64,000 nt of DNA from positions 806,099 through 870,098 of the forward strand of contig MEWB01000001.1 in NCBI GenBank assembly GCA_001773215.1. The letters are read 5' to 3'. Both the position numbers and the translations under genes were made by a program. Under the pieces are notes generated by a model. It worked only from the letters and a program-made list of their open reading frames with translations. It had not been told where the DNA came from and made no database searches. This DNA comes from a candidate division WWE3 bacterium RIFOXYC1_FULL_40_10. Its GTDB lineage: Bacteria > Patescibacteriota > WWE3 > UBA101185 > UBA10185. Positions 56,467 to 64,000 of this stretch are shown here, piece by piece; position 1 is the stretch's first letter, and each line of letters opens with the position of its first letter.

Positions 56467-58227
56467 ATGGATGCAGTAGCTCAAATAAAACAAAGCCTTG
56501 ATATTGTTGATGTTGTTGGGGGATATGTAAGTCTCAAAAAGTCAGGGCGAAATTACAAGGGCGTTTGTCCCTTTCATAGTGAAAAAACTCCTTCTTTTAT
56601 GGTAAATCAGGAGCTGCAGATATTCAAATGCTTCGGCTGTGGCCAAGGTGGGGATATTTTCACCTTTGTGGAACAAATGGAGGGTTTGGATTTTGGTCGA
56701 ACACTAGAATTGTTGGCAGATAAGGCAAATATCAAACTTGAAAAAAAAGATTTTGATGTTCATTCCCAGCTCAAAAACAAAATATATAAAATCAACGAAA
56801 CAGCAGCGAGGTTTTTTAATTACTTGCTAACTAAACATTCATTGGGGAAAAAAGGGCTTTTGTACCTAAAGGACAAAAGACGATTAGAGGATGGAACTAT
56901 TGAAACTTTTTTACTAGGTTATGCCCCTGATTCTTGGGATACATTGCTGAAATTCCTGATAAAAAAAGGCTTCTCCGCAGCCGAGGTTATGCAAGCGGGG
57001 TTAGTGGTTCCCCGAAAAGGCGACGGTTCCGGTTATTACGACAAGTTTAGGGGAAGGATAATATTCCCATTCTTCGAGAGTGACGGAAAAATCGTGGGTT
57101 TTACAGGCAGAACAGTGATAGATCAGGAACCGAAGTATCTAAACTCTCCTGAGACGCCTGTATTTAATAAAAGTAATTATCTTTATGGTTTAGATAAGGC
57201 CAGAACAGCAATAAAAAAGCAAGGGGCAGTATTCGTAGAAGGGCAGGTTGATGTTATTTCAGCTCATCAAGCCGGAATCAAGAATGTTATTGCCACAACA
57301 GGCACTGCTTTGACTACCGGCCAATTAAACTTGCTAGCCCGATATACTAAAGACGTTACTTTATGCTTCGACTCAGATGAAGCGGGAATTTCGGCCACAA
57401 AAAGAGCTGTAGATTTGGCCGAGAAGCAAGGATTCAATATAAAGGTTGTGTCTATTCCTGCACCCTATAAAGACATTGATGAAATGTTGGGTAAAGATGT
57501 ACTTGGGGTTAAAAGAGGGCTGGAGAGCGGGGTGCCTGCCTATGATTTCTTTTTGGCCGATGCTCTAAAACGTTTTGATAAAAGCTCGGGGACAGGTAAA
57601 AAGAAGATAGTAGAAGCTCTTGCGCCAATTTTCGGGAAAATTTCCAGCCCTGTTCTCGCTGACCACTATCAAAAGAAAATAGCTGAAGAATTGGATATTT
57701 CTCCTGAAAATCTGGAAAAAGCTATGAGATTTGACAAAAAAGGTTATCTTACCGAAGAAACAGTATCCGGTTCGGAACCTTTTGTAGCCTTAGAAAACAC
57801 ACCGGAGCGGTATCTTATAACGCTTTTGATGGCTTCGGGTATTGACACTATAGGTGATTTTGTGTATAAGCTATCTTCAGAAGATTTCGTTGACCCGGTT
57901 GCAAGAGCCGTACATATACACATCCAAAAGCTATTTAAACCTGATTCCACTAAGTTTAATATCGAGGATGTTATAAATTCAGTCGAGGAAGAATATAAGG
58001 ACCCGGTGTTGGAAATGTATGTACTGTCTGGGGACTATGCCCAAAGCGATAAAACTTTAATAGCTATGCTTAAGTCTGCGTATCAACGGGTAAAAGGAAT
58101 TTCTGTAAAACGAAAACTTAAGTCGTTAACTGAGAAAATTAAGCTAGCCGAGCTTAGTGGTTCCGAAAAAGACGTAAAAAGACTAACGGAAGAGTTCTCT
58201 GAGTTGTCTAGAGAGCTAATTATTTAA
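56467..58227 (+). CDS. dnaG: DNA primase
   Basis: CPFHSEKTPSF Zn finger, KYLNSPET, VEGQVDVI, CFDSDEAG TOPRIM domain. Confidence 0.97.
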   Translation: MDAVAQIKQSLDIVDVVGGYVSLKKSGRNYKGVCPFHSEKTPSFMVNQELQIFKCFGCGQGGDIFTFVEQMEGLDFGRTLELLADKANIKLEKKDFDVHSQLKNKIYKINETAARFFNYLLTKHSLGKKGLLYLKDKRRLEDGTIETFLLGYAPDSWDTLLKFLIKKGFSAAEVMQAGLVVPRKGDGSGYYDKFRGRIIFPFFESDGKIVGFTGRTVIDQEPKYLNSPETPVFNKSNYLYGLDKARTAIKKQGAVFVEGQVDVISAHQAGIKNVIATTGTALTTGQLNLLARYTKDVTLCFDSDEAGISATKRAVDLAEKQGFNIKVVSIPAPYKDIDEMLGKDVLGVKRGLESGVPAYDFFLADALKRFDKSSGTGKKKIVEALAPIFGKISSPVLADHYQKKIAEELDISPENLEKAMRFDKKGYLTEETVSGSEPFVALENTPERYLITLLMASGIDTIGDFVYKLSSEDFVDPVARAVHIHIQKLFKPDSTKFNIEDVINSVEEEYKDPVLEMYVLSGDYAQSDKTLIAMLKSAYQRVKGISVKRKLKSLTEKIKLAELSGSEKDVKRLTEEFSELSRELII

Positions 58228-58266
58228 TAAATTCTGATACAATTTACATACTAAATTTAAAAACTT

Positions 58267-59379
58267 ATGCCAAGAAAAAAGAAAATCGATAAAACAGAAG
58301 CAGGGAACATGAACCTTAGTGAAAAGGACATGCAAAAGATTGTTACAAGAGGTAAAAAGCAAGGTTACCTATCTCTTGATGATGTGTTGGAATTATTTCC
58401 AAAAGCTGAGGAAGATATAGAATTGTTGGATTCCCTTTACGAGAAGCTGGCAGAAGCTGGTGTTAGTGTGTTTGACATCCAATCAGAAAAGGATGCCGCG
58501 AAGATCTCATCCATAGAAGATATCGACTTTTCAAAAATTAAACTGGACAAAACAACTTCTTCGGATCCGGTAAGAATGTATTTAAAGGAAATAGGAAACC
58601 ATGATTTACTAAATGCAGAAGAGGAAGTGGTATTAGCCAAAAAGGCTGAAAAAGGAGACGAAATTGCAGCAGCTCATTTGGCAAGAGCCAATCTGAGGCT
58701 GGTTGTATCTATCGCAAAAAAATACATGGGAAGGGGCTTGCAGTTTTTAGACCTCATCCAGGAGGGGAATATAGGTTTAATGAGGGCCGTTGATAAATTC
58801 GACTGGAGAAGAGGTTTTAAATTTTCTACATATGCAACTTGGTGGATTCGCCAAGCTATTACCCGTGCCATTGCTGATCAAGCCAAAACTATCCGTATAC
58901 CTGTTCACATGGTTGAAACGATAAATAAATACAAAAAGATTGAGCGCCAGCTTGAGCAAAAATACGAGCGCCCTCCCACTCCCGAAGAAGTTGCCAAGGT
59001 AATGGGAATTGAGCCCGAAAAAGCACATGAGATAGTGAAAATTTCTCAAGAAACCGCTTCCTTGGAGACTCCTGTTGGGAAAGAGGAAGATACCAGACTT
59101 AAAGAATTTATAGAAGATGAAACCTCGTTGTCACCTTTTGAGGCGGCGAGCAGGGATTTGTTAAAAGGCCATATCGGAGAGGTTTTGCACACACTAAACC
59201 CACGAGAACAGCGTGTGTTGGAATTGAGGTTTGGATTAAAAGACGGTAGAACCAGAACTTTAGAAGAAGTAGGCAAGGAGTTTGGAGTTACGAGAGAACG
59301 TATCAGGCAAATAGAAGCAAAAGCTTTGCGAAAACTCCGCCATCCCTCAAGAAGCAAGCGTTTAAGAGATTATCTATAA
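58267..59379 (+). CDS. rpoD: Primary sigma factor sigma70/SigA
   Basis: [50 protein letters not shown]. Confidence 0.98.
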   Translation: MPRKKKIDKTEAGNMNLSEKDMQKIVTRGKKQGYLSLDDVLELFPKAEEDIELLDSLYEKLAEAGVSVFDIQSEKDAAKISSIEDIDFSKIKLDKTTSSDPVRMYLKEIGNHDLLNAEEEVVLAKKAEKGDEIAAAHLARANLRLVVSIAKKYMGRGLQFLDLIQEGNIGLMRAVDKFDWRRGFKFSTYATWWIRQAITRAIADQAKTIRIPVHMVETINKYKKIERQLEQKYERPPTPEEVAKVMGIEPEKAHEIVKISQETASLETPVGKEEDTRLKEFIEDETSLSPFEAASRDLLKGHIGEVLHTLNPREQRVLELRFGLKDGRTRTLEEVGKEFGVTRERIRQIEAKALRKLRHPSRSKRLRDYL

Positions 59380-59431
59380 AATAGAAAAGGTCTCCGTGTA
59401 GTTATGCCACGAAGACCTGTGTACTAGCTTC

Positions 59432-59716
59432 CTATTTTTTTTCCACATCTATCACAAGTAAGCTTTGCAGTTCCCCTTTCCGTTGTTCTAACCAGGGAGC
59501 CTCGGATACAACCACGGTTCTTTTCTCATGGTTCCATCCATGTACTTCAAAGGGACTCTTATATCCCCTAAATGACCGCAGACAAACGTATATGCGACTT
59601 TGTAACTTGATTTGTTCCCAAACGTATTCCCAGTCCGCAAGGCGGGTTTCGGCCAGAGGTATTTCGAAACCTAGCTTGTCGTACAAAAGAACTATTAGCA
59701 CCTTTTCAACTGTCAC
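59432..59716 (-). CDS. Small orphan protein (paralog trio, third)
   Basis: AAGGAGG SD, GTG start. Confidence 0.7.
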   Translation of the reverse strand: MTVEKVLIVLLYDKLGFEIPLAETRLADWEYVWEQIKLQSRIYVCLRSFRGYKSPFEVHGWNHEKRTVVVSEAPWLEQRKGELQSLLVIDVEKK

Positions 59717-59736
59717 ACTGCACCTCCTTTAGCATG

Positions 59737-60021
59737 TTATAACTGGATTGGTTTCTCGATTCCGATGACTAGCGAGAATCCACGAAGGTCAAGATTTAAG
59801 TGTGGGGACTCTACCACCAGAAGCGTTCCATTTTTCTCGTTGTAATCCAAAACTTGGAATTTTTCAAAAAACAGGCCCTGGGCTGTGCGAAGACCGATAT
59901 GAGCAATATGTGGACATTCTTCAGTTAGTTCTAGCCAGGCCTTCTTACTGATGTGCCCCAAAACGGGAGTTGATCCCAACGGTCCCACCATATGAACAGT
60001 AATCATTTTGTCTGTAGGCAT
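59737..60021 (-). CDS. Small orphan protein (paralog trio, second)
   Basis: AAGGAG SD. Confidence 0.7.
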   Translation of the reverse strand: MPTDKMITVHMVGPLGSTPVLGHISKKAWLELTEECPHIAHIGLRTAQGLFFEKFQVLDYNEKNGTLLVVESPHLNLDLRGFSLVIGIEKPIQL

Positions 60022-60037
60022 GCCGCGCTCCTTATTG

Positions 60038-60334
60038 CTATACCTCGAACTGACAGTTTACTTTGATGTCAATCACCGGATCTTCGGACTGCACTTGGTT
60101 GTTAGGCTCTTTCGCTAAGCGGACCACAACCTTTTCTTCCCCCATGAATTGGGCATATTTAATGTAGAATCTTTTCTCGGGGTGAGGTCTGTGCGCGTTT
60201 GATTTGTTCGGTTTTAAGACAATGTACCCGGTAGAATACTTGATTTGTTCTAAGAATGCTTTCCTTCCGATTGTTCCTAGCAGTATCGGAAGGCCATCGA
60301 AGACGGCATCTACATACACCTTAACTCTTGCCAT
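60038..60334 (-). CDS. Small orphan protein (paralog trio, first)
   Basis: AAGGAG SD; TTTACA-17-TAAAAT promoter at 60364-60392. Confidence 0.7.
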   Translation of the reverse strand: MARVKVYVDAVFDGLPILLGTIGRKAFLEQIKYSTGYIVLKPNKSNAHRPHPEKRFYIKYAQFMGEEKVVVRLAKEPNNQVQSEDPVIDIKVNCQFEV

Positions 60335-60375
60335 ATCTGCTCCTTATAATATAGGTTATGCTGATTTTACAAGGT

Positions 60376-61932
60376 TTAAAGTCTTTTGTAAATGTACACG
60401 TCTGATAAAGGTATAAGGTTTGGTTTTGGCAAAACAAAGCTATTTATAAGGGAAAATTTACTTGGATCACTAACTAGCAACTCAAAGTTCTTCCAGGCCT
60501 TTGCGTATTCTGGGTAAGTTGTCGCCACAATGCTTTTCCTAAAGTTTTCCAGTGGGCGAGACGAAAGGATTACGTAATCATATCTTTCGGGATTTTCGGG
60601 GTAAAAAAGGGACGCGCCCTTTGATTCGTAAACCTGGAACTGTTTTACATCCCCGCCTTTTAATTTGTTCATGGGATCCAAGCCTTCCTCGGTATAAACA
60701 AGAACCGGTGCCAGCTCAGGGAGGTTATCCTTAGCCCAGATGTAAGCCTCTGATTTTGGTGTATTTCTTTGAAATTGAGCTAGAAGCAAAATTGTATTTT
60801 GAAGGTAATACCCTGCCGTCAAAACAACTGCGATCACCCCAAAGTTTCTTACAGCCTTTTTGGAATCTTGGATCAAGTGTACTATACCGTATGCTGCATA
60901 CATGATTACGATCGGAAGTATGGGGAGCAGCCACCTGTCCACTCTTCGGGACTGGATCGAGTAGAAAGCGAAATAAACTAAGATATTTAGCGTCATAAAG
61001 ATATGAATTACTCTTGTAGTCTTGTCAGTCGCTTTCAAGGTTTTGAGTTTCCCGTAAAGAGAAAATACTAGTATTGGTAAAGTCGTCATAAATGAAAGTC
61101 CGACTAGATATTTATAAGGGCTGTGATCCACTGAATCAAAAACCAGTCCGCCTTCTACCCATAACATCTTGGCTATTCTAAATGCAAAATCTTGTATAAA
61201 AACAATTGAAAAAGGGTTGGTGGCCATGAAAGCGGCAATCGAAGTAAAAAGAAAACCCAACAAGCTTGTAACACTATTCTTTTTGAAATATACGTAAAAG
61301 AACAAAGGCAATGATATTAAGGCAGTAATTTTTGTGCCCACTGCTAAGCCAAAAAATACGCCTGCAAAAGAAGTGAGAAGGTTGTCGTTTTTGTTAGTGT
61401 AGCCCTCGTTAAGAAAAACAAATGAGATGCCTAGTAATAGGGTTAAAAAAATATCCTGATTTACATAATGGGCATGAACTATCAATTTCCAATTTAATGC
61501 CAACAGCGCGAATGTTAATAAACTAACTCCAAATGGTTGTTTGGAACCTTTAAATACTCGATGAGCTAAGATAGCGTAAACAATACAGACACCGAACGAA
61601 ATAAGCGCGTTTATGCTTCTCATAAACACGTAAAGGTCCATTTTTTGGGTTATGTCGCTAACCTTGTTATAAACCATTACGAGTGCTGTTAAAAAGTAGG
61701 TAGGAACAGTTCCGTAAACGTAGGAAATGGGAATGAATTCCTGGTAATTTTTGTTGGCAATAATCGATTTAAAGTCGTAGGTGTACTTTATTGCCAGTTC
61801 GGCAACTTCTGGTTCATCAGCGTAAAAGCTGTGAGGAAGCCCAAATTCTATGTGGTAAAATCGCCACCATAGTCCAAGTCCCCCGAAAAGCAGGATCGTA
61901 GCTACTGATGCAAGTTTTCTTAACGATAGCAT
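60376..61932 (-). CDS. GT-C / ArnT-like (GT39) glycosyltransferase
   Basis: GLPHSFYADEP, GLAVGTK, RWLLP motifs; many TM helices. Confidence 0.82.
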   Translation of the reverse strand: MLSLRKLASVATILLFGGLGLWWRFYHIEFGLPHSFYADEPEVAELAIKYTYDFKSIIANKNYQEFIPISYVYGTVPTYFLTALVMVYNKVSDITQKMDLYVFMRSINALISFGVCIVYAILAHRVFKGSKQPFGVSLLTFALLALNWKLIVHAHYVNQDIFLTLLLGISFVFLNEGYTNKNDNLLTSFAGVFFGLAVGTKITALISLPLFFYVYFKKNSVTSLLGFLFTSIAAFMATNPFSIVFIQDFAFRIAKMLWVEGGLVFDSVDHSPYKYLVGLSFMTTLPILVFSLYGKLKTLKATDKTTRVIHIFMTLNILVYFAFYSIQSRRVDRWLLPILPIVIMYAAYGIVHLIQDSKKAVRNFGVIAVVLTAGYYLQNTILLLAQFQRNTPKSEAYIWAKDNLPELAPVLVYTEEGLDPMNKLKGGDVKQFQVYESKGASLFYPENPERYDYVILSSRPLENFRKSIVATTYPEYAKAWKNFELLVSDPSKFSLINSFVLPKPNLIPLSDVYIYKRL

Positions 61933-61994
61933 AAGGCAAATTATACTATCTGTGCGTAATTACTGCCTGGGTTATTTTGAGCTATACTTGTTCA

Positions 61995-64000
61995 ATGTCC
62001 AATAACTATGAGACACCAATGATGGTTCAATACAATGAGTTAAAATCCCATTATTCGGATTGTATTCTGTTTTACAGATTAGGTGATTTTTACGAAATGT
62101 TTAACGAAGATGCGAAAATCGGCGCTGAAATTTTGGATATTACACTTACAAAAAAAGCACTGGGAAAAGACGGAAATATTCCAATGGCAGGAGTTCCGTA
62201 CCACGCGGTAGATTCTTATATTTCAAAGTTAGTTAAGGCGGGATACAAGATTGCACTTTGCGAGCAGTTAACGGAGCCAAAAGCGGGGGAGTTAGTAGAA
62301 AGAGGCGTAGTGCGTATTATTACTCCGGGAACTTTGTTGGACGATGTATCTCTTCAAAAAAAAGAAAATAATTATATCTGCTCCTTTTATTTTGAAAAGA
62401 ATTTGCTGGGGGTTGCAATTGCCGATATTTCAACGGGGGTATTTTATTCATCTCAATATTCGGCTGATAATTTTGGTAATTTTGTGTTAAACGATTTGTT
62501 TAAATATTCTCCGGCCGAGTGCGTTTTACCGGAAGTTTTATATAACAACCCACAGATACTTAAAGTGTTAAAAGTTCATAAAAATATGAATATCTTTCGA
62601 TATTCCCAATGGGACGATTCGATTTCGATTGTTAGAAATCACTTTTCTGATGTATACCTGCGCAGTGCCGGTTTTACGGATTTATCGGCGGCTCAAAAAG
62701 TTTCGAGCGGTTTACTCTCGTATTTAAAATACACTCAAAACGGAAATATAGATCACATTAGAGATCTGAAAATGCTGGTGAGCGATGAAATTTTGGATTT
62801 AGACAGGTCTACGATTGCAAATTTAGAACTGATAAAAAATTTAAGTGATGAGTCAAAAAGAGGAACATTGGTAAGTTTTTTGGATAAAACTAAAACTCCT
62901 ATGGGAGGAAGATTATTAAGAAACTGGGTGATCAAGCCAAGTTGTAACAAAAAGGAGATTACTAACAGATTATCGGCGGTTGAAGAACTGGCTAAAAGTA
63001 AAAAGGCAAAAAATCTTGAGGATTTGCTGGCAGGCATTTGTGATATAGAAAGACTAATTGCACGATTATCCGTTGGAAGAGGAAATCCAAAAGACCTTGT
63101 AATGTTGAAACAGGCTTTGTGGTTGGCAAAAAAGCTTACAACTGGGGTAAACGCCTATAAGGCAACAAAGCTTAAGACTCTGTCGGTGGGAATCGGCAGA
63201 AAACTTGAAACATTAGCTTTATACATTGATAAAACAATATCCGATGACCCTCCTTTTGATCCTAAATCCTTGGGTGTAATAACAAAAGGAGTAAATGCTG
63301 ATTTAGACAAACTTAGAACTACAGTGGAAAAAAGCAAATATTTTATTTCGGATTTGGAAGCAAAAGAAAGAAAAAAAAGCGGAATTAATTCACTAAAAGT
63401 TAAATTTAATCAGGTTTTTGGCTATTATATCGAGATTACTAAATCCAATTTAGACTCAGTACCGGAAAATTATATTCGTAAGCAAACTCTTGTTAATGCA
63501 GAAAGGTACATAACTCCTGAATTAAAAGAGCATGAGGAAATAATACTAACCGCTCAGGAAATAATGCAAAAATTGGAGACCGCCATTTTTCTAGATGCAG
63601 TCGAAAAGGTTTTAGCTAATACTTCGGATATTCAACATCTGTCTACAAAAATCGCAGAATTCGACTGCTTGTATTCGTTTGCACGGCTGGCTAAGGAAAA
63701 AGATTTGGTTAAACCAAAAATAACTCTTGATAATGAGATAGAAATAGTAGACGGCAGGCATCCAATGGTTGAAGAAAATATGGAAGAAATACTGTTTGTT
63801 CCAAACGATACTTTATTGAATTCTTCCGATCATCAGTTGTTATTAATAACAGGCCCCAATATGGCGGGAAAGTCTGTTTATATAAGACAAACGGCATTAA
63901 TTGTTTTGATGGCTCATATAGGGTGTTTTGTCCCTTGCAAAAGAGCAAAAATAGGGCCTACGGATAAAATATTTGTTCGAAGTGGGGCTTATGACGCGAT
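61995..64000 (+). CDS. mutS: DNA mismatch repair protein MutS (3'-truncated by the window; absent from the ORF track)
   Basis: TPMMVQY...FYRLGDFYEMF, PMAGVPYH, ITGPNMAGKS Walker A near 63845. Confidence 0.96.
   Translation, partial: MSNNYETPMMVQYNELKSHYSDCILFYRLGDFYEMFNEDAKIGAEILDITLTKKALGKDGNIPMAGVPYHAVDSYISKLVKAGYKIALCEQLTEPKAGELVERGVVRIITPGTLLDDVSLQKKENNYICSFYFEKNLLGVAIADISTGVFYSSQYSADNFGNFVLNDLFKYSPAECVLPEVLYNNPQILKVLKVHKNMNIFRYSQWDDSISIVRNHFSDVYLRSAGFTDLSAAQKVSSGLLSYLKYTQNGNIDHIRDLKMLVSDEILDLDRSTIANLELIKNLSDESKRGTLVSFLDKTKTPMGGRLLRNWVIKPSCNKKEITNRLSAVEELAKSKKAKNLEDLLAGICDIERLIARLSVGRGNPKDLVMLKQALWLAKKLTTGVNAYKATKLKTLSVGIGRKLETLALYIDKTISDDPPFDPKSLGVITKGVNADLDKLRTTVEKSKYFISDLEAKERKKSGINSLKVKFNQVFGYYIEITKSNLDSVPENYIRKQTLVNAERYITPELKEHEEIILTAQEIMQKLETAIFLDAVEKVLANTSDIQHLSTKIAEFDCLYSFARLAKEKDLVKPKITLDNEIEIVDGRHPMVEENMEEILFVPNDTLLNSSDHQLLLITGPNMAGKSVYIRQTALIVLMAHIGCFVPCKRAKIGPTDKIFVRSGAYDA

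Noticed and set aside
1-64000. CRISPR array or cas genes
   Set aside because: No regularly spaced 23-47 bp repeats with unique spacers, and no cas motifs.
1-64000. Alternative genetic code (UGA=Gly)
   Set aside because: Full-length core genes translate under code 11, and TGA ends genes such as murT, gatD and smpB.

Overview
Chromosomal segment of a small-genome bacterium using standard code 11. Gene content and style point to Patescibacteria/CPR, probably WWE3/Microgenomates-like (inference). Housekeeping genes: rplY, valS, proS, dnaA with a probable oriC at about 14.6-14.95 kb, murT-gatD, tsaD, smpB, ssrA (tmRNA), comF, dnaG, rpoD, mutS (truncated by the window end) and five tRNAs (Ser-GCT, Arg-GCG, Ala-CGC, Ser-CGA, Ser-GGA). 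Envelope genes: four VirB2/TrbC-like pilins, a VirB6-like protein flanked by two ~1,520-aa Cys-rich proteins with C-terminal peptidoglycan-hydrolase-like domains, a SpoIID protein, an O-antigen ligase and four GT-C glycosyltransferases. About 20 small orphan genes are interspersed. The most striking unexplained structures are: (i) a run of tRNA-Ser 3'-end copies that separate small gene cassettes, starting with a GC-rich structured element; (ii) orphan genes built as self-contained units (sigma70 promoter, strong SD, own terminator), with a CTATAG palindrome abutting the -35 box at six promoters, whereas many core genes look leaderless; (iii) a Cfr-like rRNA methyltransferase; (iv) a lipoprotein with tandem beta-repeats plus SPFH plus coiled coil, a vault-like layout. 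No CRISPR array, integrase or transposase was seen. All protein calls are from motif recognition by eye, not from database searches.
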